64,000 nucleotides of DNA from the NCBI GenBank assembly GCA_013239625.1, contig MU053881.1:12662879-12726878 (forward strand), written 5' to 3'. A model generated the notes under the pieces. The model was given only the letters and a program-made list of their open reading frames with translations, ran no database searches and had not been told where the DNA came from. This DNA comes from Lama guanicoe (lineage: Eukaryota). The position numbers were made by a program, and so were the translations under genes. Within the stretch, counting starts at the first letter, position 1. Each line of letters opens with the position of its first letter. Shown one piece after another: positions 51,075-64,000 of the stretch.

Positions 51075-51395
51075 CATGATTTGATATATGTATATATTAT
51101 GAAATGATTAAGTTTATGTTTATGTAAGTTTAGTTAACATCCGTCACCTCACATAGCTACATATTTTTTTTTTCTTGTGATGAGATCTTTTAAGATCTGC
51201 TCTCTTAGCAACTTTCCAACATACAGTGCAGTATCGTTCATTACAGTCACCATGCTGGACGTGTCACCCCCAACTCCGTTGCCAATGGCAGCCGCCAATC
51301 TGTTCTCGGTTTCTATGCATTTGGTTTGTTTAGATTTTACATATAAGTGAGACCGTACGGTATTTGTCTTTCTCTGTCTAACTTACTTCACTTCA
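51075..51395 (-). mobile_element. L1MA-type 3' end
   Basis: agttaacatccgtcacctcacatagc..tttaagatctgctctcttagcaacttt..tagattttacatataagtgagacc. Confidence 0.8.
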
Positions 51396-51979
51396 AATTG
51401 CTTTTAAGTGTCATTATACAGCCTTACTTAGGGAATTTTGTTATAACTTGGGCCTGGTTTATTTTGCTTAAACAGGAAGCCTCTAGTTAGTCTGGTTCCC
51501 TGTAGCCCCATTTCTGTGTGTGTGTACATTCATTAGTGATTAAGAACTACAGTGTTTGATGTTACAGAGACGTCTCCACACCCTCCTCCTTACTGCCCTT
51601 CTATTGGCACAAAATCTAAATTTTATTCTTATATTTGTAGAAGCATATAACATCTTTACATTTCCTGCAGACATAGTTAATACTTTTTTCTTGATAAAGT
51701 GTGCTCAGGATGGACTCAAAGTTGAGGTGGTGATCCAGTGCTGACAATCCATACTTTTTTCAAAAGGACCAAATTCATTTGACAAAAGAGGATAATCATA
51801 TTTAGGCCAAATATAATAGTTCAAATGCAATTTTAATGAAAGGGAACTGTGGCCCAGTTTCTTTTCCCCTGACTCAAGTGGTTGAACTATGGGATGAGTT
51901 TAAAGATTTACAAAACCTTTTCTGTCTATTTGCCTCTCTCTCTCTGTCTCCCCACCCCCTTTTTTTCAGTCCCTTCCTA

Positions 51980-52146
51980 TCTCTGTATATGTACATATAC
52001 ACATTAATATATGCATATCTGTTCATATACTGCTATATAAATAATGCATGTATTTGTATGTATGTACATAAACTTATCTCTCTATATATGTAGATATATA
52101 AACTTATTTAACATCAAATATTTTACACATATATATATATATATGT
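51980..52146. repeat. Degenerate (TA/TG/CA) low-complexity tract
   Basis: tatatgtacatatacac..catatatatatatatatg. Confidence 0.7.
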
Positions 52147-54864
52147 AAATTTTGATGACATTCAGAGTGTTAACCTTGACATGACAGTTTGGTTAAGAAA
52201 CTAGCAAGTGAAGTCTGAGTTTGGAGTGTTGCAGAGTTGAGCAATGCATTTTGCACCGGTGACTTTTTTATTTTTGGGTTCTTGTATCACTTATATTTAT
52301 TCTTTTCCATCCTTGTAAAAGGAACATTTTAAAATCTGCCTTGCTTTTGTTTCATTTTGGCACGCAGAGGTTAGAATCATGCTTATAGCAAATGCTCAAT
52401 AAATGTGGCCACTACTGTTATTCACAGTTTCCTGATGTTCTGGAATGTACCTACAACATATAGAGCATAAATTTGAACTCTTCCTCTCTTCCTTTCACTT
52501 TTCTGCTTCTTTGAGCCAGTCTCACCTCAAAACACTCTGGCTTTTGTCACTCTGACAGCTGAACCAAAGATGATTTACTCATTGTAAAATAGAGGTAAAG
52601 TGTCATGTTTTCTCTTTTCCACTTTTAATTTCGCCCAAGTTTATAGCTGAGAGTGGAGTCGTGTTTCTAGGGTGATGTTCTCAGTTTGTAGTCAGCAAAG
52701 CAGAATATTCAAACATGCACATTTGTTCTGGTTGGCCCTTCTCTTGAGTTCAGAGTCATCATTTTTGTATACAGAATCATCAAACTTGGCTTTGCTTGAC
52801 CTCTTACCGTAGCTCATTGGAAATTACTGGCTAGTAGTCTGTTCTGTCCACAGTGAAGAAGGGAATGAAATGAAACTGGCTTGGAAGAACTAATCATCAG
52901 GAATCCCTCTGACATCGTCTCAGAGCTGTTCAGCCCACACCCACAGGGGGAAGGGAGTTCAGGTCTGGTTTCAGTGCCTTGAAGTGACACTAACCTATTG
53001 AGAGACCCACAGGGCAGACACCCACAGTTTGTTTTTCCTTGTAGATTTTAGAATGCTAAGCTTAGACAAATATTGTCTGTAAGACTGTTGGATCAGAGGA
53101 GGGTGCCACAAAACCTATTTGAGCCAGTGTTTCAGAAATAAGCTGACATTTTAGGTAACCCTTTACCATTTATAACATATGGTACAAAAATGCATTCCAA
53201 TTTTTAACAATTTGTTATGGCTAACATCTGAATGCTGCATAATATATTAAACTTATAGCCATGGATGCCGAGTTAACATGCCTTTGTAACAGAACACACA
53301 GAATCCACAGCACCATTCTCACTGAATTTGGGGCAGTAAAGAAACTTGCATCTCACCGTGTTTGCTTGTTGTAGCCAAAGTCAGAACTGTCTCTTGAGTG
53401 ATATGCTCAGTTGGTTAAGCTAGAGCCATCTTTAGGTCTGTATTACACAGAACCTAGAAAGAAATTAAGTATGATTCTCAAATGTAAGTATAAAAACTTA
53501 CATTTTAAGCTCTATAAGGGAATTCAGCTTTGTATTCATTTCTAGTAGGGTCCTTGGCACACACTCAATTATATAGAGATCTTAAAAGCAATGTGGCACC
53601 TCAGTTTTTAGATATTTCTATTTTAAATAGGCCATCAGCATGTTCCATACATTGAACATAGAAAGGCCCTTTAACAATTTATTTTGGGAAAGATATTCAA
53701 ACCCAGTCTGTCCTTTCTCTATGATAAAGTGTTCTTTTAAATTCAATTAGCAAGACCTAAATAGCCCTTAAATGACTGACATGAGAATTATTAACCACTT
53801 TAATAGCTAAAGGCATCATAGATTTTTAGATAGGAACGTTTTTAAAGCTGTTATTCAATGCTTGGTGCTCACATCATTACACATCACCTTTTTGGGGGGT
53901 TATATTAACAATTTTATTCTGTGTAGGAGGAAATTTGCTGTGGTTCACTTATAATGGATCAAGAAACATCTGCAATATGGTACAGCTAGATTAGTCAACC
54001 TGTAATTTAGGACTGAAAATATCGATTGCATTTTTCTCCTCTTGCACTTTCTGCTTTCCTTTTCCAGTAGTTTCTTACCCATTATATTTAATTTAGGCAA
54101 GGTTACTGAAGGGTGGAGTAAATGGCTATCTTCAGAGACAGCATTCCAGGGTGAACTCATTTCCCTATCCACTGCAATTATTTACCTTTAAACAATATTT
54201 TGTCCTCCGGAAAGATTTCAAATTCATGCAAAGATAATTAGGAGTTATATTCTGTTTTCTCAGTAAACTTTATCGTTCAGAGATTTATACTAAACCGTTT
54301 TTAATTGCTTTGGGGTAGAACACAGCTTTTAAATGCAGCCAAACCACCCAGAGATTATATTTTAAAGATCTTTTAGCTTGAAGTAGCAAAACATAAACGA
54401 GAAACATTACTCTGTATGATAAGGAGTGTGTCTGATTAAAAGATGGGAAACAGACGGAAAGGGAAATAAACATGATAAAGAGAGAAGAATTCAATGGTTG
54501 AATAAAGTAATTTATACAAACATAAAACATGATTTAGCTGGAAATCAGGAGACTTAAAATAGCAGCCTTACACTGGTGAATTTTTCCTCTCTTGGTCTCG
54601 ATTTCCTCATGTGTAAAAGCCCAGATTAAGCAGTTTTGTTGATGACTTGTAGTTTCATTTCTGTGATAGCAAAAGATCACCTGTGCTGGAAGGGGTGGGT
54701 GCCCTGAAGTGTTGTTTTTGTTCTTAGGGGGAAAAAAAAAAAGAGCTGTTGAGCAAAGACATTTTTAAAGGAAACAATATACAGACCATGAACCTTTCCG
54801 CTTTTGTATGTAATTTTAATGTAGCATCCAAAAGGAGAGTTTTCATATGCGCTGAAATCTAAAA

Positions 54865-56967
54865 CAGTGGTTCTCAAAGTCGAATCCGAGGAGGCAGAAA
54901 GTCAGTAAGGACAGAGTTGAACTTAACAACACTGTGAATCAGCTGGATACAGTTGACATCTGCAGACTACTTTATCCATCAGCAGCAGAGCACACATGCT
55001 ACTTAAGCTCATTTGCAGTATTCATCAGGATAGATGACAGTCTGGGCCATAAAACACACTTTGATAAATTTAACAGATTATAAACCATACAGGATCTGCT
55101 TCCAAATCATAATGAAGCTAAATGTGTAATCAATGACTAAAATAACTGGAAATTTCTAAAATACATGGACATTTAAACACCACACTTCTAAATAACATAT
55201 GGATCTCAAAGAAGAAATATCAAGAAACGTAAAAATATTTTGAACCAAAATGAAAATGAAAACACACCTAATCAAAATTTGTGGGAATGCAATGAAAACA
55301 GTGCTGAGAGGGAAACTGATAACACTGAATACATATGTTAGAAGAGGAGAAAAAAATCTAGAATCAGTAGTCTAAATTTCTACCCAGGAAACTAGAAATA
55401 GAAGAGCAAATTAAATTCAAAATAAGGAGAAGTAAAGAAATAAGTATTAGAACAGAAATGAATGAAACTGAAAACATAAAACCAACAGAGAAAGTAAATG
55501 AAACCAAAAGCTGGTTCTTTGCAAAGAGCTGTAACATTGATAAGACTCTAGCCAAGCTAATTAAGAAAAAAGAGAGAGGACACAAATGACTAAAACAGAA
55601 ATGAAAGAGGGAACATCACTACAGATCTTATGAACATGAAAAGGATAATGAAAGAGTACTATGAATAACTCTTGGCTCACATTTTGATGGCCTAGATAAA
55701 ATAGGCCAATTCTAGAAAAACACAATTTGCCAAAACTCACACAAGATAAAATAGCCAAACTAAGTAAATCTATATCTATTAAAGAAATTAAATGAATTAT
55801 TAATAACCTTCCAAAACAGTATTGAGCCTAGGTGGTTTTACAAGTGAATTCTATCAAACATTTAAGGAAAAAATGATACCAGTTCCCTACAGTGTCTTTC
55901 AGAGGATAGAAGCAGATGGTATATATACTCCCTAACTCATTCAATGAGGGCCGTATTGCCCTAATGCCAAAACCAGACAAAAACTTTACGAGGAAATTAC
56001 AGACAAGTATCTCTCATGAACATAGTTGAAAAACTATGGAGATAGTGAAAAGATCAGTGGTTTCCAGGGGCTGAGTATGGGGGGAGAGATTAGCAGACAG
56101 GACACAGGTTGTTGAGAGCTGTGAAAATACTCTGAGTGATAATGTAGTGATGGATACATGTCATTATATACTGTCACAAACTCACAGAATGTGTTAATAC
56201 CAAGAGTAAACCCTTTATCATGATGTACCAATGTAGGTTCATTGATGGTAATAAATATGCCATTCTGGTAGAGGCTGTTGATAATGGGGTGGGGGTTAGG
56301 GAGCCCTGGGCATGTGTAAGGGCAGAGAGTATATGGGAAATCTCATCACCTTCCTTTTAGTTTTGCTATGAACCTAAAACTGCTTTAAACAAATAATAAA
56401 TTCTTAAGAAACAAGGCTGAGTTCACATCCATAAGGGACCATAAAAATAATTTTAATAAATGTCAACCTTTGAGAACACATCTTTTTAACATTCTGTGTG
56501 ACCCATTAGGATGTACACATAAAACACTTCTGCTGCCTGCTTAAGTGTGGTGGTTGCTTGAGTTGCAAGCTGCACTAGCTGTTTTTCACATGAAGTACCA
56601 TTTTTCCAACTCCCTTATCTGTGTGAGGCTGAATTTCCTACACATACTCGAACCACCACAACAAATCACAGCAAGGAAACAGAACTCTGCTGTCTTCTGC
56701 AAAACCAGGCATTAAAGAGTTTTGCAAAACTGGGAAATAATGCTGTAGTTTCTATTAAATTATTTTAAAATTACTTTAAATTATGTATTATATAAATAGC
56801 TTTGTCACTTATTTAAATAAAATAAATGAGCAAATATTTTAAAATTTCTCAGTTTTTGTTTTGAAATCTGCTAACTCTAGATAAGACCCATATAAATAAA
56901 GGCTTTTAGGGGTCTTCAATAATTTTTAAGGGTGTAGGATTATCAGACCAAGCATTTTGAGAATAGG
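54865..56967 (+). mobile_element. Charlie1-type hAT element, interrupted by L1MC
   Basis: 5' end CAGTGGTTCTCAAAGT at 54865; transposase remnant cataaaacacttctgctgc..gagttgcaagctgcactagc about 56510-56600; 3' end ggggtcttcaataatttttaag..tttgagaat. Confidence 0.75.
54890..56410 (+). mobile_element. L1MC-type LINE-1 (ORF2 EN to start of RT joined directly to the 3' UTR)
   Basis: ORF2 motifs (aatgaaaccaaaagctggttcttt, caaaaccagacaaa..aattacagac..atctctcatgaacatag) followed directly by L1MC 3' UTR (aaaactatggagatagtgaaaagatcagtgg..gaacctaaaactgct). Confidence 0.88.
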
Positions 56968-58369
56968 TCTTCTGTGTGGTCTCCTGAAAATTAATAGCAC
57001 ATCTGATTGCATCTTTTTTCTGGAGATGCCTTTTCTGAAATAGAAGTTTACCAACATGTCTTTTTCTCAGGATAGAATGTGAGAAAGAACCATCTTTTGG
57101 AAGAGCCATGCCTTAACTTCTGTCAGAGTCCTGGAGCTGCACAGAGGCCAACATTTTAGGTTTGAGGAGAAGGGGAGATGCTAGGATTATGTTACTAACT
57201 TTGGAACAAATTTTGGAGGCACCCAAAATCTCATTTTGCTTTTGGTTTTATTTTAATTTTTTCAGCTTGCTTTAAAATCCTGAAAACACCTGGCAGATTT
57301 TACTGTGTATGGTGAAATGGTTACTGCAAGGAGCAGGTTGGGGGGTAAGGATTATTTCCTTTAGTCCAAGGGACATTCAAGGAGGCATGCACAGGAAGTA
57401 TATGAGCCATTGAATGGGATTGCTAAGGCATCAGTTCATCTTAGGTCCTGAAATAACATTGAAACAATAATAAGAGGTAAAGTTTACTAGTGGAAATAAG
57501 TGTAACAGATTGTGTAAATGAAGCATAACATATGCGTTATTATAGCTGACTACATGTGAAATGCACTTAAGCCAGACCTTATTGCTGATTTACCAAATTA
57601 TACTGGAAAGCTGAATGAAAGCGGGTAGGTTATCAGACTGCTCCGAGCTGGGCAGGACACAGTGAGTGAATGGTACTTTACTGGTCTCCATGCCATTATT
57701 CTGGTTGGGAGCACATCACAAATTATAAGCTTGTCCTCTCTGCAGCCAAAGCCTCATTTGTTAGTTTCTCTCTTTCTCTTTTGTTTTTGCAGAGTACTTT
57801 ATGATACACTAAATTAAACTGCAATGGCTGCTCCCTTGATGGAGGTAGAACAATCCCTCACTAATGCTCTCAGTGTAACTGTGGAACTAGATACAAGGTC
57901 AGTTTGCATTGTGCATGGAGTTCTTCTGAATGGCAGGCTCTGAGCTGGGCTCTGGGGGGGAGACTGCAAGAAGCCAGAAGAGACTGGTTTTTCCCCACCA
58001 GGGCTTGCAGCGCATTAGGACACCAATGACGCTCAAAACATTAGAAAGTGTAGAATTTATAAATTCTTCTAAAGCAGAGTACGTAATTATCAGAGGGGAA
58101 GTCAGAGTAATAATTGGTAGCCTGAGTATAACACAAAGGCTAGAATGACATGTTTTAAAAAAGCCTTTTAAAAAGCTATGAAACATTTAAAATACGTTGC
58201 TCAAACAATAATATGAGAGTCTTCTCGGTTATCACTGTGCACATTTAACAAATGTTAATATTAAGCTTTATTTCCTTCAAAAGCTTGTCCTTCTCTGAAC
58301 ATGTGCTCTTGGTTCTTTTGTAAAAATAGGACCCTGTGGTATGTGATGACCTACAGATGTGATGAGATG

Positions 58370-59345
58370 GTATCATCTCTCAACCCCAAGCCTGCTCCTC
58401 TTCAGCTCTTTCCCATCTGTGCGAATGCAACGCCTTCATCTAGTAGGTTCTAGTTATACAAGCAGTCATTTTTAACATCATTCTCCTCTCTCTTCATATC
58501 CAGTCCACCCCAATCCTGGTGATTTTACTGAGAAAATATCTCCCAGATCCAGAGAGTTATTTTTAGCCATAGTCCAGCTGTGTCTATCTGTGGTCAACTT
58601 ACCATCCAATTTCACCTGGACCACTACAGCAACCTTCCAGTTGGTCTAATTCCCATCCACACTTCTCCCTCCAACCTGTTTTCCATCACTGTATTGATCT
58701 TTGTGAACTGCACATTTGATCCTTAAACCATTCACTGGCTTCCTGTTACACTTTAGATAAAGAAAAAGCTTTCTATTATAGAATTTAAGACTCTGCAACA
58801 TCTCTTACCCTTTTTTTTTTTTTTAGCATCCTCTTGTGTCATGCAAGCCTGGGCTGCCAAGTGTAGTTGTGAATGTTGCGTACTGTACAACTCTAGGAAG
58901 CACTTACACATTTTAGTCTGTGTGGAGAAGGCCCCTAGCTTATGTAATATCATAGTTTACACATCCGCATGAGGCGACACCACTCTCCACACTCCTTTTG
59001 CTCTCCAACTCTTCTGGCCCTCTTTTGTGTTCTCCAATGTGTCCTTCCCTTCCTGCCATAAGGTCTTTTACTTCTGTTCTTTTTTCTTCCTGAAATGTTC
59101 TTCCATTCCCTCTTTACCAAGCTAACCTCAAGCCATCCTTCATATCTCTGCTTAGTCTTTGGACCTTCAGTTGGGTCAAGTATCCTTATTACACTTAGTC
59201 CTTTATAGCATGTAATTATCTGGCCAATATTTGTCATTCTCACCAGACTGTGAAAGGTAGGCAGTGTGTGCAATTCACTCATCACTGTATGACAAGTGGG
59301 TGGCATTTAGAGGGAGCCTGTTAACTAGTGTCAGTAAATGAATTT
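58370..59345 (+). mobile_element. L2 3' region
   Basis: ccaagcctgctcctctt..cacctggaccactacagcaacct..caccagactgtgaa..taaatgaat. Confidence 0.8.
58850..58980. mobile_element. MER91-like hAT-Tip100 element nested in L2
   Basis: gggctgccaagtgtagttgtgaatgttgcgtactgtacaactctagg..gcccctagcttatgt; degenerate palindromic body. Confidence 0.6.
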
Positions 59346-60394
59346 ATGACGTTTGCACCTCTCTTTTTTTACATATTAATTTATTGTGTGTACTTTTCTG
59401 TAGTAGGCCTTTGCTGCTTGCATGTTACTTCAAAATATATATATTCCATAGCTAGCTAATCTCATATGTTGGACATATTCGTATTTTCAGTATTCCAGTA
59501 TTGTTCACATTCCTTTATTTTATCTCATTAGTCATCAGTTGGATTGGGAGAGAGGAATATATCCTGGACTTATGCAAAGATAAGAGAATGTTTTCTAGTT
59601 GGAAAGAAAAGTGTGTTAAATGACACAGGAGGTAGTAAGAATTAGAAGAGAGGTGGGCTTGGTAGACTCAGAAATAGCTTTGAAATGTAATAACAAGTAA
59701 GTTTCTTATGAAGAGGAAATAAAGAGAAAAATTACTTTTAGTGGAAAGCTTTGAAGTTTGGAGTGAAGTGTTTGGCTTCTGCCACATTGGTAAGTTTGAC
59801 TAAATTGCTTAGTTTGCGATGAATATAGTGAGTGCAGAACCTCCTTAATAAATAATTAAAAAAGAACAATATTTTTAATTTCTTTTCACTTTTTTTGACC
59901 TAGTTATGTAATGCCATCTTGCCCTTTCACCTCTGATTTCCTATCATGTCCAATTTAGGGCCACTGAGACATACTGAGAGCATCAAAGAAGCAACTGTAG
60001 CATTTATAGCCAATATACAAATAAAATTTGAGATACTGCTAGTCAACATCAGATACCAACACTATCCTTGGTGAGTAAAGTAGTATTAATGCGGTAAAGA
60101 TCAGAGTTGTATCAGCTGGTCAAAGAGAATTCAAAGTATTGGGATTTAAGGACCATCTACAAACACTGGATTGATGAGAACAGAGAAGCAAGACTCCTTG
60201 GTGTTTGATGGGAAAGTATCAAAGATTCATGCCTCCACGAAGTGAAAGTTAATGGTGAAAGTTACAGAGGACAGCTCGGGTTAGGGACGTAGTTCTGTTG
60301 CCACCAGTTGTTTCGTTCTTTTGAACTTATCTTTTATCATAGTAAAGAGTGTGTTGGATACATGGTAATTAAAAGAATAATCTTTTGTAGGGAT

Positions 60395-60830
60395 GTCTGA
60401 AGAAATTTGGCTGCATATTCAAAAAACTCAACTACCACTGCTTTAAACAATATGAAAATTTCTTATCTGTCATAACTGGAAGTCCTGAGGTAGGAGTAGT
60501 TAGTCTGCAGGGGATGTTTGTTCAGTGTCTCAGTGTGTTCAGTGTCTCAGTGGTATCATACAGGATCCTTTTCTTTGCATCCCTCTGTTCTACCATTCCC
60601 ACTGCAAAATGGTGGCAGCAATTCCAGGCCTCACATCTGGACAAGGTAAGAAGAGACAATGTGTCTTCCTACAGCAGTCAATAAATACAGAGGAGGTATT
60701 TCCTAGAGTCCCGGCCAACAGGCTCCTACTCACGTATGAAGAGCATTTATGACAAGTCTGTTCTTGAGCCAATTATTGGAAGAGGGATGGGCTTACCATG
60801 ATTAGCTTGGAGGAATCATTAGGACTGGAG
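60395..60830 (-). mobile_element. MaLR LTR (MLT1J/K-like)
   Basis: ctttaaacaata..ggaagtcctgaggtagg..tgcaaaatggtggcagcaattccaggcctcacatc. Confidence 0.7.
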
Positions 60831-61127
60831 TCAACGTGGGGTAGTCAAACATAATAAGCAGTATTGCAAATAACATACATTATTAAAGTGATACAAAGAT
60901 GTTAAAGTATTTGAATTCTGATTAATGAAGACAGTTTATGTTAGGGTTGATAAGAATTAATTTGTATATGTAGATTTCTTTGTTGAAAGAGATGTGGCTT
61001 AAATTTTTATGACTTTTTATAATATAGATATTTTGGCAATGTCCTTAGAATTATTTCCAAGCTTTCTTCCTCATCATGTGTTTCTTCAAATACAATCTAC
61101 TATTAAATCACTGAGAAAAGAGCTTCT

Positions 61128-61290
61128 CAGTCATTCATTTACTCATTCATTCATCCGTTTATTTATTCCTTCTAGGTTCTGGAGATAGAATACTTTATAA
61201 GACAGAGAAAATACTGTCTCCATGGAGTTTAGACTTAGTGGCAAGAGGTGGAAAATTAAAAAGTGAAAAAATAATCAAAAATATAATTTC
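61128..61290 (-). mobile_element. L2 3' end
   Basis: tcattcatttactcattcattc..ttctaggttctggagata..ctgtctccatggagttt. Confidence 0.7.
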
Positions 61291-61390
61291 ATATATTGAT
61301 CATTTCCTTTAAAAAATGAAAAGTCTCATCACAGAAGACACACAAGTAACTCCTTGTGGCAGACATTTCAGTAAAAGTACATATGAACTG

Positions 61391-61562
61391 TTTTTTTAAA
61401 AAATATTTTTAATTTATTATTGTATTATCTACTTATTTTATTTTGGCAGTGGGGGTGGGTGGGTAATTAGGTTTATTTATTTTTAGAGGAGGTACTGGGG
61501 ATTGAACCCAGGACCTCGTGTATGCTAAGCATGCACTCTACCACTTGACCTATACCTTCCCC
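61391..61562 (-). mobile_element. Vic-1-type SINE
   Basis: ggtaattaggtttattta..ggaggtactggggattgaacccaggacctcgtgtatgctaagcatgcactctaccacttgacctataccttcccc. Confidence 0.9.
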
Positions 61563-61659
61563 ACTATATGAGCTATAATTAAATTACAACCTTGATTGGC
61601 ATTGGACTGTGAAGAACCTGTGGCCCCCCAGCGTGCTGTGACAACATAGATTGAGAACC

Positions 61660-61865
61660 ACTAGCTGGATGACCTTGGGCCAATTATTTCACCTTTCTCT
61701 ATGGTCCAGTTTCCCTGTCTTTAAGGTAGGATCGTACTCCTTCCTTTAAGGCATTTCTCTGATAACTAAATGAGATGACACCTGTAAGACGTTTACAGCA
61801 GGGCCTGGCACATGTAAGTGGAGTGTGTGTATAAAGTAAATAAAATAAAATGTAATGGAATGAGT
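61660..61865 (+). mobile_element. MIR SINE
   Basis: tagctggatgaccttgggccaattatttcacctttct..cctggcacatgtaagtg. Confidence 0.75.
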
Positions 61866-63124
61866 GCATCTTGAGAACCAATAGGTGAAATGGGCCTCTG
61901 CCTTAATTCTTTTCCAAGAAAGGGACTTTGGAGTGTATTTAGTTCAGTGTTCTCATGTTAAATGGAAAGAGAGGAAGCTGAGAAAATGGGCAGTATTTCA
62001 GTCAGCATTAGACCTGAAGTCTTTCTCATGTCTCTCCACTGCTCTTTCTAGCGTTTTTATTCTGTCATGATTTCCACTCGCACGTGTTTCAGGTACATAC
62101 ATCCCTGGGAATACAGCAGCCTGCCTCTGTCTGAGGGTCTCTTCCTAAAGAGCTGTAAACCCCTCGTTCCTGGAACTGTAGTCACTTTCACTGTTGCCCT
62201 GGGGTCTGGATATGGGGTTCACTTGGGGAAAAGTGGGTGTTTTCAAAGCCAAAATGATGTGATTGCCTCAGTGAGCAGTTCACGTAGTGGTGTTTTTGTT
62301 TAAAGTCCTAATTAGCCTTCTGTAGCTAATGAGTTAGAGGGTCATAAATCTAATCATTATTATAAATGATAGGGCCAATGCTTAAAATTTGCCAGTTTTG
62401 CACTATGACATAATTATTTATGAAAAGGCCTTGCCCCAGAAATGGAAATCATAATAATTAGATACAATCTTTCTGTGGCTTATGTATTTTTTTCCTCCCA
62501 GGGAAACAGATGTCTAGAGGGTACTAATTACTAGTAGTGGATAATTTCTTACTCAGACAAGTCAGAAAGTCTGGAGGCTACACTCTGGAACTTTCAGTCA
62601 CCACTTAACCACATGCCTTTAGAAAAAAAGCACCAGCAAGAGGCTTTCTGTCTGTGAAGGGCAGGTTTGTGCTACATAGTGTCACCAGCTGAAGATCCTT
62701 AGAGCTGAGTATCTTCAGAAAACAGCAGATTTTTTTAAAGATGCTTTTCATAAGCAGTAAAATGGATATAACAAACATGTTTCTAAGAGTTTATTCACTT
62801 GGTTAAAACTGGACCATGAATGATGCTTTATCAGGAAGAGAATGTACTAATGACTCCTTTTTTTGGTCAAGACCCTGAGATTTACAGTCAAGCATAAACT
62901 GGCCCAAGAGCTGTACATCTAGTGACATGTCACAGTCCAAAACACAGGTACTCATTTCCTCTGTCAAAACGGTATCTATTCCGGTTTCTTGAGTCAAGCA
63001 GTGTAACCTGCATTCCTTAAATTAAATGAAAACTTTAATTAAGAAACCCTATTGCTAAGATTAGAAGATATACTGATGATCTTCATGGCTGAAGATGACA
63101 TTTCTGGGTTTTAATACACTAAAA

Positions 63125-63320
63125 TTAGAACCGAGGTGATCTTTAGAGACTCTCAGTCTAAATCAGTTTGGGCTAACACGACACCCAACCTCATTGTAGA
63201 TGAGGACATTAAGGTAGTGTGACAGGTTATGTGTGGAGAAATGTGGGACCCCTTGTTAGTGACAGAGCTGAAACCCGTGCACAGGTCTCCTGGCTTCTAG
63301 TTCAGTGGCTTCCAGCTACA
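63125..63320 (-). mobile_element. MIR SINE
   Basis: ctcattgtagatgaggac..gttagtgacagagctgaaacc..caggtctcctggcttctag. Confidence 0.65.
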
Positions 63321-63567
63321 CCTTAAAGCCATCAGATTGTCTTTAGCTAGTCAGCGTGTACAGCAATCCCCCACAAACCCTTGCCTCACAAATTCTATGT
63401 TCACTCTGACCCGGCTTTCTCCCTGTCCAGCCCAGCTGAGGAAGGACACCCTTGCAATTTTATAGAAACAGTTTCAAGTATTAATATTGCCCCCCAAAAG
63501 AGAGATGTGCAATACAGAGCTAGGCCTGCTTTTTAATTACACTCCATTGTTTGATCCTTGTTATCCT

Positions 63568-63822
63568 AGCTTAGTGGGTGTGAATATGGACTCTGAAGGC
63601 TGATTGCTTTGGTTCAAATCCCACTGCCCTCATTTATAATCTACATAACCTTGAGTGAGCAGCCCTCTGCTTCAGTGTTCTCATCTGAAAAACAAAAACA
63701 AAACAGGTTATTAATAGTAAATACCTCACAGATTTTTGTGGCTGTTAAATAAACTGATATTCATAGAGCATTTAAGAAAGTGCCTGGTACACAGTATGTA
63801 TTTAGTAAATGGTGGCTATTAT
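63568..63822 (+). mobile_element. MIR SINE, near full length
   Basis: agcttagtgg..ggactctgaaggc..ggttcaaatccc..cagtgttctcatctg..agtgcctggtacacagta. Confidence 0.85.
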
Positions 63823-63874
63823 TTTTTATATTGTTAGGCAGAAACAAATCAGTGTATAAAATAATATGGATTAT

Positions 63875-64000
63875 AAATGTATTAAGCTTCCAAGTGCCAT
63901 AATAAATAAGCCCTTATTTTAATTAGAGTCATCACAGCAACCCCAAATTGGATATTAGTCCAATTTTATAGACAGTAGCACTGAGACCCAGAGTGATTAC
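63875..64000 (-). mobile_element. MIR SINE, runs off the window end
   Basis: tcatcacagcaacccc..ccaattttatagacagtagcactgagacccagag. Confidence 0.7.

Noticed and set aside
62502..62520. Acceptor TTTTCCTCCCAG|G as coding continuation of the 57793-57897 exon
   Set aside because: The joined frame stops after about 5 codons, so it does not support a protein.

Overview
AT-rich mammalian genomic DNA, very likely camelid (alpaca/llama/camel). The evidence is four Vic-1-type tRNA-derived SINEs plus young camelid-style L1 3' ends. I see no intact protein-coding exon that I can identify; the ORF track is transposon-derived or random. The window reads as a large intron or intergenic region full of interspersed repeats: L1, L2, MIR, ERV1/ERVL/MaLR LTRs, and Tigger and hAT DNA transposons. 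It also holds a 3'-UTR-only retrocopy (probably HMGN2) and a 25-nt U6 snRNA fragment. The most unusual element is at about 14.6-15.5 kb. A decayed Tigger2-family transposon is interrupted by a solo LTR, and its 5' end has kept a dense CpG cluster containing a perfect bipartite 9-bp array, (CCGCGAGAG)5(CCCAGAGAG)5. Promoter-type motifs and a + strand splice donor lie alongside, making it a candidate transposon-built CpG-island promoter. Repeat family names come from my recall of consensus sequences, not from a search, and boundaries of old repeats are approximate.
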